A stretch of 63,238 nt of DNA, counting the filler, from Choristocarpus tenellus KU-1152 (Eukaryota > Protista > Phaeophyceae): assembly GCA_964200185.2 (NCBI GenBank). It is 13 parts of 13 records of this genome, joined end to end, with 100 filler letters (N's around TTAATTAATTAA, not from the genome) between each part and the next. Parts side by side here need not be neighbours in the genome. Positions count along the whole stretch, not along the records: positions 11,457 to 17,254 come from CAXNAD020009727.1; positions 17,355 to 22,147 come from CAXNAD020013038.1; positions 22,248 to 36,864 come from CAXNAD020001149.1; 10 more parts are not named here. One strand, given 5' to 3'. Numbering within the stretch: the stretch's first letter is position 1; the number at the start of each line of letters is the position of its first letter. The translations under genes and the position numbers were made by a program. The notes under the pieces are model-generated. The model saw only the letters and a program-made list of their open reading frames with translations, ran no database searches and was not told the origin of the DNA. Positions 12,233-25,225 of this stretch are shown here, piece after piece.

Positions 12233-13300
12233 ATTGCGGTGTTTATGAAACCGCCATATAGAGTCGTTGCCTGTAATATTATACCGTAGAAACTTGTCAA
12301 CTGTGCATGTATATGAATGAGAGTAAGCATAGTGTAGTAGAATATTCAGCGATCAGCAGTAAGGTACAACACACAATCTTTTATTTCAGGAATAGCAGCT
12401 CTCTACGGGAAGGAAGGTGTGCCGTACGACTACCAGATATTACTATAACTATGATAATACTTGAGTTTATTTGTAGTTCCTTACACCCCATTTTTCCTTC
12501 TTTTTACACAACACAAGGGGGTCCTGCTCTGCGTTCCTAGTTCCCCGAACACTTTCCCTCCTTCCTCGACACTCAGGACCCACGTATCATATCCTACAAG
12601 GTATACCTCATTTTGTTGGGATATGCTGGGCCTCCGTCCAAGGAAAGCTGGAACCTTTCGAATACCAGGTTGGATTTGAAATGTTATAATCTGGTGGACC
12701 TTCTGCAGCTAAGGAATGTTTCCAATGCCAGGCTTCTTCCTAGGCCATCTTCAGCGGTAACTATATTTGGTAGTCAAACGATGGCAAACATGAGCGCACG
12801 ATACCATTTTCGCCTGGTCTACATGGCTAATTTGGTTTTTGAGATGGGCATGCTGGTTGCAATGTCTGACAAGTAATTCAGAAGTTATATTTTCCAGTTT
12901 CGTGTGGATATTCACTAAATTGCTATATGTAGCGAATTTCGAATGGAAATAGGAGAAAAGAACAAGAGAACACTCTAGCGGCCACAGTACTCTAGCAGCA
13001 CGAGGAGGAAAAACATAGTGGGATTTGTGTGGTCTGTGCCTGTGCCAATAAATGAGGAGGAGAAGCTTCACCAGCCAGCATCCAAGGTGTTCCAGCAGCA
13101 CGAGGAGGAAAGGCACAGGGGGGGGCTGTGCCTGGGTAGAAGGGGTGGGTTGTGCCAGCCAAGGGGGGTCTGTGCCTCCTGAGTAAAATTTGGTATCAAG
13201 ATGAATATTAACTATGTGCGTAGTTTTGGAGTTTGTGACTAACTTGATCTTCGAAGTGACTGAACTGGGAAATCTTGACTAGCATTGAAAGCGGCACAGT

Positions 13301-13472
13301 CCAGGGTCCTGCCAGACAGCATTAAAAGTCCATTTCTGTGCCCCCATCTCTTCATTATTATAGTAAGATGTACAAATAATGAAGCGTCATAGGCCAGGGC
13401 CCTGCCAGACAACACTAGAAAAAAAGTCAAATTCTGTGCCAACCATCCCCTCAATAGTATATTAAGATGTAC
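13301..13472. repeat. Diverged tandem duplication, unit about 93 bp
   Basis: CCAGGG(T/C)CCTGCCAGACA...TTCTGTGCC...TAAGATGTAC occurs twice. Confidence 0.7.
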
Positions 13473-15284
13473 TTTGAAGTAATAATAAATGTTAGACTGC
13501 AGGTAAAAGGGGTGTGTGTCTGATGATAGTTCTTCGTATCTATCGATTAGGCACTACTCCTCACAATATCTATCTATATATATTTACCATGTAATATTAT
13601 ACTACGCAATATTGTACTACGTAACAAACGGGAGAAAAAATGGTCGAGATAATCCTGGAGCACATACAACCCACTTAAAATAGATACATTAGAGTGTTGG
13701 TGCACTGCAACAACAACAGCAACACTGAAAATAAGTCACTTCAAGGATGAACTTTGATGTACCATAACTTGTGATCAATGACGAATTCTTCCAAGAAAGT
13801 TTGGCGATGTGTTCGTATGCTCATCCTCTACCTTACTTGCTGTGTGATTGCTCTTGTTGGTTCCATCAAAATAGACACAATCCATACTAAATTGAGACGT
13901 TTGAGCGCCTATCCTTCTGCTCACATAGGGGAGTGTTGGGGAGGTTTGCCAGGCCATAATTGTAAAGAACGGATTTGTCCACAAGTAGTTGTGCTGTGAT
14001 CCTTCCTTCACTAGCTGACTGTTTGGATGTAAACGTTGCTTTGTCACCTTTATTCCTAACCTGTACATCAAGTACTCTGAAGAGCAAAGGCTTGAGGTTT
14101 GTCTTGTACTTCAAGGATGACTATCCCCACACAATGTCGTCTACCGTAATATTTGGTACGCCTGGGCCACTCCTGAAGTACTTTAGGATTTACCTCCCTT
14201 TTTGTCTCCCCAGCAGGTTCCAATAGATGGGAAATTTAGTTATCATTTCCTCTAAATTGTATGTCCAGGTTTTCCTCACAACATTGGTTACCCTATCTCC
14301 AGAGAGACCATTCCAATAGAGTTCACGTTGCAACGATAGGTTCTGAACAATGCACTATCCTCATACCTGTTAGAGTAGTATAGGTTTTCTTTCTTCGGTA
14401 GCAATGTATAACTTCTCTCTAAGAACATCGACTTCCCACCTCCTTGGCGATGAATGAAGATCACCAGTTGATACACTTTCCCTATTTGCTACATACGTAT
14501 AATACTCGAATAATGAAGGCAGTCACGTCAACATCCTCCTCTTTCAATAGGATGCCCATCTTTTGGGCACCAGGTAACCATCAGAGTAGTGGAGAGATGG
14601 TGACCCAAAACGCTGGTAGATGACGTTGCCACCCAACCATATGTCCATTTCTCACATGGTCATAAAAAAAACATATAAAATGAAAGTGATACTAACTTCC
14701 AACATATGCCAACTAATTCAAGGAACAATTCCGTTAGATGATACATACGGGAGGAGGTCACTCTTCATACTCTACCTACTCTTCATCTGTAGATTACTAT
14801 TCGGACTCTATCGGGTTACCGTTTTCCACACGAGCGAGGAACAGGTATTCTTCAGGCTGTTTTTTTGTGCACACGCACTTAGCGTCAACGCACAAAAAAA
14901 CAACAGCGTTTTACTTTACTCATGAATTCTGGATTATTATTATTTTTCTATGTTTGCATTCCACCCATTCCCCTCCACCCCATTGTACCACCAATTGTGA
15001 CCAACCAGTGGGACCTCTTCGCCACTGATTTCCAGTTGGATTGACAAACAGGATGCTAAGAGGCCCTTGGGGCAAAAAAGTGAGCTGCCATCAAGAGGCG
15101 CAAAGCAACAGTCATTGGCACACAATAGCAGTCTGTCGCTACACAGTCTACCGGTCCAAGTAGATTGAGAGCAGCACAGGGCACCAGGTCATATCAGGGG
15201 GCGTCTATTCAACCACCGACCAGGTTCTGGGAGAGAAAATGCATCACCAGCACGGGTGGGAGATCAATATAGGTGGAGGATATT

Positions 15285-15543
15285 GAGTGAGAGTATCTTG
15301 GAGGGTAGAGCCGTGTCCGTTTGGGTTCCAAAATCCAATGTTGCGATTTTGATGTAATTTCGGTCATTGTGTTTGTACGAAGTATCAATATCCTTTTTCT
15401 GGGCACACCATTCAAAACATGTGCATTTTACCTACTCCAAACCTTTTCAAAGTGGGAAAAACGGTCATAAATAACACGTGCGAAGCCAAGCCCCCAAATG
15501 GACAAATAGGGCAAACCTTGTACCCTCTAAGATACTTTCAATC
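15285..15543. mobile_element. MITE family A, full length, TSD ATT
   Basis: ATT|GAGTGAGAGTATCTTGGAGGGTA...TACCCTCTAAGATACTTTCAATC|ATT, immediately upstream of the gypsy protease region. Confidence 0.92.
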
Positions 15544-15546
15544 ATT

Positions 15547-17192
15547 ACAGTAGGTGACTACGATGGTGATGTGTCTATTTTGCCACCAGAGACTGGGTTA
15601 CGCTCTGTGTTTGGAAAAGATCAAGAGATGTCACTGGCCAAGGATGGTTTTCAATTGGAAAAGCTGCTGTACCATGGCATTGCTGATGTGAATGTCGTGG
15701 GAGGTGGACCAGAGTGTCTGCCAACATCAACCAAGGTTCTTCTGGGATGGAGGGTCTGGTGTGACAGGTTTGACTCGAGGTCGTGCAGTCTGGCTGGGAC
15801 AGAAATTGGGTGTGAATTTGATCTGCCCATCAACTGATCAGACGTCAGTAAGGATGGCCGATGGTGCTTCACAGGAGACCAAGGAGGTGACACTACCAAT
15901 GCATGTGGCAGTGCACTCTGGATATGGACCTGTGGTGCTAAGGAACCGAATATTTGCCATCATCCCTGGTGGTGATTATGTGCTCATCCTTGGATCCAAA
16001 GTCTGAAGGATGATTCAACTCAATATTGATGTGAGGAAATTGTTCAATGTTGAGGCCCAACAACGGTCGGAGCTGAGGAGCGCCGGCCTCAACCAAGAGG
16101 ATGGTGTGTCCATACGTCCATTAAGTATCGACACAGAGGCCCTACAACAGAGTGTAGGTCTTGACAGCGATGAAAGTGGTAATGACTCAGCCACTCATTT
16201 ACTGGAACGTGCTCCGACCACGATGGTGGAGCTGGAAAAATAATTTCAGGATCGCATGGGTGCTCTGGACACTGCAGTCAAGGTAGCCAAGGAGGCAGGC
16301 ATGTCAACATCTGCATGAACTAGTCTGCGCCATGTGATATCTGAGCGCAACTTTGCTTTTCGTGTCTCTCTGGGACATGACCCACCAGCTCAGGTGGAGC
16401 CCATGCGTGTAATGCTGAAGGCTGGAGCCAAGTCCGTCAAGGCGAAGGCTAGGATATGTAAGCCCGATCACCAGGTCTGGATGCGTGATTTTGCACTCCT
16501 CGTAATACTAAAGATGCTTCTTTGGGTGCCTCAAGCTGTGTGGTGCAATCCGAGCATGCCTGTATCAAAGCCTGGTGGACGTGAGGATGTTTTGGGCATA
16601 GATTTCATGACCACTGCTGGCCGAGTATTTGCAGGTGAAGCTCACGTGTTTCGGTGGGGGAGGACCCAACATCCCCGCAATGGATACCTGATTTAGCCAA
16701 GGAACTACAAACTCGCCTACTCGTGCGTGCACACATGGGGGAGGCTGAGCACCAGGGGAAGGGAGCCACGGTGGTGCACTTAAGGCAATATTGTATGTGG
16801 AGCAACATTGACGATGATGTCGACAAGTTTGTGCAAGACTGCTTGAATTGCATGGATTCCAAAGCTGGTGAGCGTGTACCCAGACCCTACGGTAAGACAG
16901 TGCACATGCTACTCAGGTGGGAGAGGTCTTACACTTTGATTGCCTACACGTTGGAGAGAGTGGTCCATTAGAGGAAAATGGCCTGGATGACTCAACAGGG
17001 TTCAAATATATCTTGGTCATTGTAGACAACCTGAGCAACTTTGTGTGGCTGGAGCGAACAGAAACATGCAATGCTGAATTGTCTGCACGGCACCTTCACA
17101 AATGGTGCACTACAATAGGAATGCCCGAGATTTGGGTGGGTGACATAGCTAGTCACTTTAAGAACAGGGTCTTAAAAAGAATGCAAGAGTGA
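15547..17192 (+). mobile_element. Degenerate Ty3/gypsy LTR retrotransposon pol (protease, start of RT, integrase)
   Basis: Decayed protease (LLYHGIADVNVVG, VRMADG, ILGSK). RT lead-in EPMRVMLKAGAKSVKAKAR. Integrase HHCC (AHMGEAEHQG...FVQDCLNC) and core (LHFDCLHVG, YILVIVDNLSNFVWL, GMPEIWVGDIASHFKN). Multiple frameshifts; RT core and RNase H are missing. Confidence 0.9.
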
Positions 17193-17212
17193 ATATGCTT
17201 ACATCCTCATTT

Positions 17213-17254
17213 GGGACAAAGTATCTGGGGGGGGGTGGCGGCTGTCCATTTGGG
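17213..17254. mobile_element. MITE family B terminus at contig end
   Basis: GGGACAAAGTATCTGGGGGGGGTGGCGGCTGTCCATTTGGG. Confidence 0.85.
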
Positions 17255-17354
17255 NNNNNNNNNNNNNNNNNNNNNNNNNNNNNNNNNNNNNNNNNNNNTT
17301 AATTAATTAANNNNNNNNNNNNNNNNNNNNNNNNNNNNNNNNNNNNNNNNNNNN

Positions 17355-17423
17355 CAAAAATCTCGACATGAAAAAATTGACCCCAAATGGACAGCCGCCA
17401 CCCCCTCCCAGATACTTTGAGCC
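17355..17423. mobile_element. MITE family B terminus at contig start
   Basis: CCCCAAATGGACAGCCGCCACCCCCTCCCAGATACTTTGAGCC|TCA. Confidence 0.85.
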
Positions 17424-20400
17424 TCAGCAGAACAGGGGCACTCTTACAATCAATCATGATTATGAGAATTGGTATCAGTTAAGATTGAGTCCTGGGGGTG
17501 CTTGAGTCATTTGGGATCTGAGCTGTTTTAGGATCTCTTATCATCATTTGCCGTTTTGTTTCTTTGGTTTATAGACGTTGGAATACATCTGAGAACCGTT
17601 GCGACCTTCCCAAGTTCAGATTTTTATTCTGCAACTTTTAGCAATTCGGAGTTCCCCTATTGGGGTCCCGTACACGCATACACTGCTCGCGCCTGTTAAA
17701 GCACGGAAATAAATACTTACACTATTCGCCTGTAACACCTCCTCCCTAAAACCCTTAGAGCACCAAACTTTTGAGCCAAAATGAGAAGGATCTTGAGAAG
17801 TGGGAAAATGATTGAACAGACCTCAACTAATTCTGATACAAATATGTGAACCAATATCAAAGATACAAAAATCCAACACTAAATCTTCAAGATACGCCAT
17901 GATACTCTAGTTGGAAGTGACTGAAGAATGTTGCACCATTTGGCATTTGGAGTAACTTCTCAATGTCCAAAACATTTATTTTCAGGAGTTACTAACCACT
18001 GCATGTGCGATGTACATATTATTGCATACTTGAATACATAGAAAAAAAAAGAAACTACTTGAATGAGGACTGAGATGCAAGTAGTGGATAGAGATTGATC
18101 GGGGGTGCACTTGCAAGCCAATGATGCCAGCAACATTTCGACTTTTAACTTTTCCTTTATCCTAGTATTACAATCTCAGGGAAGATTCCATACTCGAGGA
18201 TAAAAGAAAAACACTTTCGGGTGCATTTTCGAGCACTTCCAGATTGATGCGACCACGTCTGTTTGGCAAGAGTGATTGGCATAGGAATGGACCGCTGTCT
18301 GATTTCCAGACTATATTTCGTTTCAATAACTCTTTCAACATCCTCCAGTATATGAGAAGAGACTGCGTCCACAATAAGAATTTCTGTCTACTGGGAGAAA
18401 ACCTTCGGCAGCTCCAAATCATGTTGAAGTCAAATATGACTGGAGATATCTAATTTCTCCTACTTACTAGTGCTCCGTAATCATTTACCTTGCAAGCACA
18501 GAAAATGCAAAACTTGTCCATGGCTATATCCTCAACCTTGTGCTACTGATGGATCCCTACTGTTCCATCTAGTCTAACCTATTACTCAGAAGATGATTTG
18601 ATAAAATCCCATACTTCTTGTATTTAGAATCTGTGGGCGGACAAAATATCAAGAAACTTAACCAATGTCTTTCAAAGCGACCACTTAGATGTACTTTTGT
18701 TTAAGACTAATCCAATGATAAACACACAGCTGATATTAACGGCTGGAGTGTACACTACCTATTCAGGGAGTCACAGGATCAACAAAGATGGCAACACCCT
18801 ACATTGACCAGAGATATACCCTCAACATTCTGGAATCAAAACCGAATCAGAGTCTATGTATGGTTGGATGTAGTCTAACATTACTATTTTCATTTTAGCT
18901 TGATACTTCTCAGCTGGCATAAACAATCACAATCTCGAACCTAATGACTGATATATGCTACGATGCCGACCTATTAATTGAGGTTTTGTTTAAGAGTACT
19001 CAAAAGAACCTTCAAGGTCCTAGCTAGGTCCAGGAGTTTATATCACGCGTTGGTGACCACTTCATTTTAGTATAATGAGATATGCCATCAGGACGGCCAT
19101 CTTATCCTTTCTCCCGAGCTGCCAGCCAGCTCAGTCAATCCCAAATACTTGACCAAAATGCAATTTTACTGCAGGGGGGTTAGTGACCACCTGTAACAAT
19201 TAAGGGTGCCTTTTGCATAATCTATTTTTAGTATTTCTATTTTCGCACGGACCCAAGAGTAAACGAGACATATATGCACCCCTAACCGTAACCCTAGTAT
19301 TGGCGAAAACTGGCGTATAAACCAAGAGGTTGATTGACGAAGATATCCAGCGTCATATTCGCCTATGCTACTCACCGCACTTCCTAGAGTCCACTATCTT
19401 CCCCTCAAGTTCTCCTGGAGATGTCGGCTCTTTTCGTACGAAACATTGAGGTTGACGGTGTCTGAACCCTATTACGAAAATATTTGCCACACGGATGGAG
19501 AACCAACTCCTTCAGAGTCCACTGCAGAGGCATATATGTAAAAGGTTGGGTTGCATTTCTCGGGGTAGTTTCAATCAGCTACGACACTCTGCAGTTGGCC
19601 TACGTTATTGTCCTATCTTCAATAGTCACATCGAAACAATCATGTAGTCTCGAAAAGTTCTTCGAATGTTCAGGGCAACGCCATTTCACGGTGCTATACG
19701 CATATCTGGACAAGGCAACTAGATGGAACGGCAAGTCTTGGCTTGCTACCTAACAAGAAGGCAATAGCCGACTCTACTACCCACCTGTAGTACCCCTCTA
19801 GTACCCATCTCGTATCCCTACAGTTGATGTTAATTACCTATCCAGGAGCTTCTGCAGTGGAAAACGGGCATGTGCCCCAGCCTGACACCTTCCATCACCA
19901 ATGCCCTATGGACTCTACAGAGAGTTGATGCTTAAAACTAACATTTATCTTTGATGGTTTCCCTCCATGTTCTCCAACGAAACACTCCTCTCCTTCTGCC
20001 CACTCCTACACTCAACACTCCAGTCTTCCAACCGTTCTGCACTATCCTTACCCCTGGTGCTTTTCCTGTGGGAAATTATTGCTCACTCTCCTCTACTCTT
20101 CCCCTCTTCTTACCTAACGTCCTATCCATTTCTCTCTACACTTCCTAACCGTAATTGTGTCAGGCACCATCTCTATTTCTTCTCTACATATTCCTCTAAT
20201 TTATTGCTCTAACATTTTGTGGCTTACTTCTTTCTATATTTGATTAGAATGGTCCATTTACATCATGGTACCGTTCTTGCTATCATACCGTTAAAAACCA
20301 ACCGTTGTTACCAATGACAACCGTTGGTATTTTTTTAAGCATAGTTTACTCCTTATTTGGATCGGGGAAGAATTCTTGTCAATCAACAACTGACAATAGT

Positions 20401-20548
20401 ATGAGATATAATTCTATTCCTCATCATTTTATTTGTGTGTATTGTTTGTATCTGTGGTGTGACACAATTTAATCTTGATTTTGGAAATCAACGAACACCA
20501 GTAAGGTTAGTAGTGGAACTCGAACTCATACTGACAAAAAAAAAATCA

Positions 20549-21667
20549 TGTTACATCCAACTACTTGGCCTAAGATCTTCAAGAGGAAGGCCTCGGGTGG
20601 ATTAGGATTGGTTGATTGGGTGACTCAAGATTGAAGAGAATTCCGCGTTTGCTGTCCAATGGAAAATCACTGGTAGTCGGGAGAATTTCTGTACCAAGAC
20701 AAACGGAAGCATGGAAGGTAGGAAAGGGGTACTGGGTCTTCCAGGAGGGAAGACTGGCAGGAAAGGGTACGACGGATGCATGACGAGAGCATCTTGATAC
20801 TGGTACGTGGGTCAACTTTTATTGATCTCAGTACGTACTATCAGGGGATTAGCTTTGTTGTGTTCGACTCAGGCGTGAGTCCCATGGCTGTTGTGTCTCT
20901 GATCTGGATTGATCCTTGTAGGACAAGTATTTGTCTCTGATCCACCCCTTGCTTACATCAGGATTCGGTATTATCCTGAGCGTTGGTTCTTCTTGATCGA
21001 TAATGGACATGTCTAGGTCTTGTTCCTGTTCTAGTTCTTCTATATTACGTCTCCACTCACCTGAGGTGTCATCCTCCTCTAGGTCCCAGTAGGGCCACCT
21101 TGACTATTGTGGTTGTTGCTATTGGCTCCTTAAGGGTTGTATTTCGGTAGTTTGCTTATTTACCTCTATGATAATATCTTCAATATCTCCTATTATCTTG
21201 ACCTTAGCACTCGAAACTCTCCACCGTCAACCCCTACTATCCACGTCAATGGTCCCCATGCACACTAGTATCTGTGGTAAAGTAAGTCGAGATGGCTCGA
21301 CGAAATGAAGGACACCACGCCCAGCACTTGAGGATGGGGGCACTGGCAAACAAAAGTCATTTCTCAGACTCTGATAGCGATGGGACAACTTTACTGCGAC
21401 AGCGGAGTAGACAGAATCAACACCCAAGCAATGGCGGCAAGAAAGACGAGATCAAACCTCCTCGGAGAAGGAGGGCGTGGGGGGTGCCTAGCCTACTAAG
21501 TAGGCAAGGCAGTGTTGGAAGTATCGACACTGGCTTTGGCCCTGCACACGACCTTGTGCTGAGGTGGGTATCGAACTCCTTGGTGGCTGATGTACTTGTG
21601 AGAATTAATGGTGATTCTGGGATTCTGAGGCAAAAGATCTGATATCGGTACGACCGTGCATATAACA
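20549..21667 (-). mobile_element. Candidate solo LTR (about 1.1 kb)
   Basis: Bounded by TGTTACAT...ATATAACA (7/8 inverted match, TG..CA). AATAAA on the minus strand at 20818-20823. No convincing protein. The TSD is only imperfect (AAATC-A / AGATC). Confidence 0.35.
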
Positions 21668-22821
21668 AGATCTTAGAGGGTACCCCTTAACCTGCTTCCT
21701 CCGCTATCCTCTTGACTATCATGGGACTGAGCTTGAAAGAGAAACCTTTCAGATTGGCTCTACCCTGATACTCAGCCAACCAAAGGGAGGTTGATGATAG
21801 TTGCATTTACTCACACACCCCTTCTGGTAGGCTACTATGTGCAGCATGGATCTTTCCATTCACTAAGGCTCTGGTAGATCGTAAGCCACGCTCCTGTTCC
21901 AAGCTGGGCGTTTTATATTCTGTGAAGGAACATATTGCCCCCCAGTTAACGTCAGTGTGCCTATCATCTGATTATTTTGTGCTTGGTTTTTTCTTGCCGT
22001 TTGAATGATGCAGGGATGGATGGCGGCCGAACAAAGAGTTGACCACCATCAAACGAACAACCCGTGCCAACAGTGCGGAGGAGGCTGTAACTGGTGGAGG
22101 CAGGGCTGCGGTGAGGGGAGGGGGAGTGGGTAGTGGTAGGGGAGGTGNNNNNNNNNNNNNNNNNNNNNNNNNNNNNNNNNNNNNNNNNNNNTTAATTAAT
22201 TAANNNNNNNNNNNNNNNNNNNNNNNNNNNNNNNNNNNNNNNNNNNNTCTCGTACAAGGATGTATTGCGCATGGCAAACGTTAAGTGAGTGGATGGTCCC
22301 CAAACACCGTCGGAAAGGTGACTTTCGAGTTGACCAATGTGTGCAGGTCGATTTGTGGGGAGTTGCGTTCTTTGTGCTTGTCCAGAGAATCGCATCCTTC
22401 CTCCTGGTCACGCAACGGTCAGGGGGTATATTCTCTGCCTTGGAGTGTTACCTTGATACTGGAACGTTCTTGTTGGGACTGGCTGATGTGATAGAGAAGC
22501 CGTGAGGGGATGAGTGACAGAAACGGGAGGGGTACCGCGTAATGAAGATTGTGTGGTGTGCCCCCCTGAAGCACCCGAAAGGGATCACGTTTTGGCATGT
22601 CTTACCCTATTCTTCATTCCCCATTGCAATGTATGCAGACCCATCGTACAGGTCAGCGCATGAGCTACTGGAGCACTCCAACACTGTGTTAGATGCACGA
22701 AAGGTGGGGGTCACCATGCTATATACCTGTAGTTATGAGGACACCCTTCCTGACAAACACGTGGTGGCATAGAAGAAGAATGTTTTTGGTAGTATCCAGT
22801 AGTTATAGTCAACATAGAAAT

Positions 22822-22981
22822 AACCCAAACTATCTGGGTGTGGAGGGAGGGGCTACACCAGGTTGTCCATTTGGTGAAAAATAAGGAAAAGTGCATTTAC
22901 ATTATCCATCAGACGTATGCAACTGTATCACCTACCAAGCAAATCACCCAAAAATCGCGACATGGAAAAACGGGCCTCAAG
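22822..22981. mobile_element. MITE family B, decayed partial copy
   Basis: CCCAAACTATCTGGG...GTTGTCCATTTGG...AAAAGTGCATTTACATTATCCATC...AAAAATCGCGACATGGAAAAA is the reverse complement of the B1 interior. Confidence 0.75.
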
Positions 22982-24203
22982 ACGGAGCTGATCTTGAGGA
23001 AGGACCAGAGGACGACAGCATGATCATGCAATATGGGGCAAATGCAAAGGATCGGCGGAGCACTTGGAACCTGTAGCTGAGGACAACACTATGTACATTC
23101 GCACTCTCCTTAATCCACCGCTGGACATTGTACCATACCAAGAAGCCTCCTTCATATTTTGATTATGCTTCTTTAATAGGGGACAAGGGCAACCTTGTGG
23201 TACTGGGGCATGATGGTGTTTCCTCCGTGTTCTTGCCTCCTCCCTCTACAAATGAATCGAACTAATTCAAAGTTGGGCAAGCTTGTACCCTCTTATGCTT
23301 GATCTATCCTTCTTGCCCTGTGCAATACACTCTATTTCATATATGTTCACAATAGTGTATGCAAAATTGGTATTTCCCCTTTCCACACACAGGTTGATAC
23401 CAAAATTCAACGAAACTATTTCTTCAATTGTACGAAATGGTATATTTTTGCCCTTTCTAGATATCTTTGAAATGTAACCCTACCTACAAAGTAGTCTGTT
23501 AACTCTCATGAAGTTGTTAGTAGGGTAAGAAGATAGATCATCCATCTCTTGCATGATACTTCCTGATCCAGTACTTACTAATCCTACAACCACATGCCAG
23601 TATGTAGCATGCAGAATACACTATTCATAGTTCAAAGGTGATGTGTGTGTGCATTATTATTGTTGGGTGTGAAAATCACAATTATATGAACACAGTTTAC
23701 AATATATTGTGCAAAAAAAAATGGTTGACTATGGATTGAAGTATATTGTGTTGTACTTGTTGGGGTATAGGCTATACACATAATACTAGTAGTAGCATGT
23801 TGATACGACTCGTTACTACCACTACTATTAATACTGAGGTGATGATGGTGCTGTTGTTATGTAGTAGAGTGTTCCTGAGGGACCCCAATACCCCACTCAG
23901 TTTGGTGTAGAGTTTGCCATCACTCTCTCTCTCACACACACACACGACTTAAAGCACCTCACATCCATAGATTGAACACCGATACATACCTCTTTTCAAA
24001 GTACAACTTGTCATGTATTTTATTATTATGCCCTCTCTAATTTTCCAGATATGTCAGGGGAAAAACTAATGAATAACCATTCAAATGTCAGAATAACCTC
24101 TAAAAATGCAATAGTTGTCATTAATGTGAAAGATGTTTTTCATTGATCTATTTTCTATTTTACAACGGACTATACTACACCACCGCCCTCCTTTGCCTCC
24201 CGA

Positions 24204-24340
24204 CTAGCTTAGTCCTGTACCTCAGGGTGAGGAAGAGGTAGGAAAGCATCCCAAGAATCTAACAAGCCCCTCCTTGCCCATCTCCCTGGTGTCTCCAGAT
24301 TGTCATGTATCTTACGTAGAAAAACCTTTGTGCAGTGATA
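24204..24340 (-). mobile_element. Third 3' stub of the CRE-like retrotransposon
   Basis: CTAGCTTAG...CATCCCAAGAATCT...GCCCCTCCTTGCCCATCTCCCTGGTGTCT...TTGTGCAGTGA aligns with 460-830 once the MITE is removed. Confidence 0.65.
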
Positions 24341-24800
24341 TGATATTTATTTCCACTATATAGAGAGAGAAATATGTTTTTATTTAATGTGGGAACATTT
24401 TTTAATGTTGGTAGTGTGAAAGTGTCAAAAGGTGCCAAGTTCTCTGCTCAAGGGGGCAATCACAATCACCGGAATGAAACTCTTTCACCTCAGACCTCAG
24501 AGGGTGAGACTGAGTTTCAAGGTCTTGGCTCTAATCTCATAACACATCAGTAAATCCAGTACAGAACAACTTTTTCAGAACATGACAGATGTTCCAGAAT
24601 GGCTGAGCAACGTCGCAGCAAAGAAATGGATTTGGCAGAATCGGAATGGTTCTTCATTCTGAGGATCCATTTTGGCTGTTTGGTCAAATCCGGATCTCAT
24701 GAAAATGACGTCTTTGTCGCGCGCAGTTGTATCTGACCGCGCGTCTTATACATTAGGTGTGTGTCGGAGATCCAAAAAAAGGAACCTGTCCCTAACAGGG

Positions 24801-24888
24801 GATTTCAAAAATTGAGGATGGAGCTTTTCAATGAGGTTTGGGTCAAGCCCATCCTCAATGAAAAGCTCCATCCTCAATTTTTGAAATC
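24801..24888. repeat. Foldback inverted repeat with about 36-bp arms (repeat family C)
   Basis: GATTTCAAAAATTGAGGATGGAGCTTTTCAATGAGG / CCTCAATGAAAAGCTCCATCCTCAATTTTTGAAATC. Arm-like single copies at 7952-7985 and 59903-59936. Confidence 0.9.
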
Positions 24889-25225
24889 TGCTGGTTCCCT
24901 GACAGTAGTAGTAATGAATGGACTAGAGATTACGAAAATATCTTCACTTTTCATTCGTTGGAATACTTGGCAAGCATCCCTTCCTCTTGTTACCGCTTGT
25001 GGTCACCGTCACCAACAGTGCATGGTTAAGTTCTTACCTACCCACCTATTCCCTCACCCAACCTCATGGACCTTCTATTCTGCGATATGTACACTTTTTA
25101 CGGTTAATTATGAATTATGTCATTTCATGCCTCTAATTGTAACGCTCTGGGCACCCAGAGCACTACGACACATTTTAAACCTGGTTATGAGGTCAACACA
25201 TCTCTGAGGTAAGACCAGAGAGGCC

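Noticed and set aside
14425-14470. Walker-A-like VIFIHRQGGGKSMFLE on the minus strand
   Set aside because: It lacks the first glycine, no Walker B follows, and a different frame is the more open one here.
17213-17423. Apparent single MITE or inverted repeat spanning the linker
   Set aside because: Both sides are the same end of family B in opposite orientation, on different contigs. The symmetry is a concatenation artefact.
18157-19750. Possible retropepsin (PITLA...IVILG, minus strand) and integrase-like (TPNRNPSIGENWRINQ, plus strand) traces
   Set aside because: Too decayed, catalytic motifs are absent, and the two traces lie on opposite strands. Needs BLASTX.
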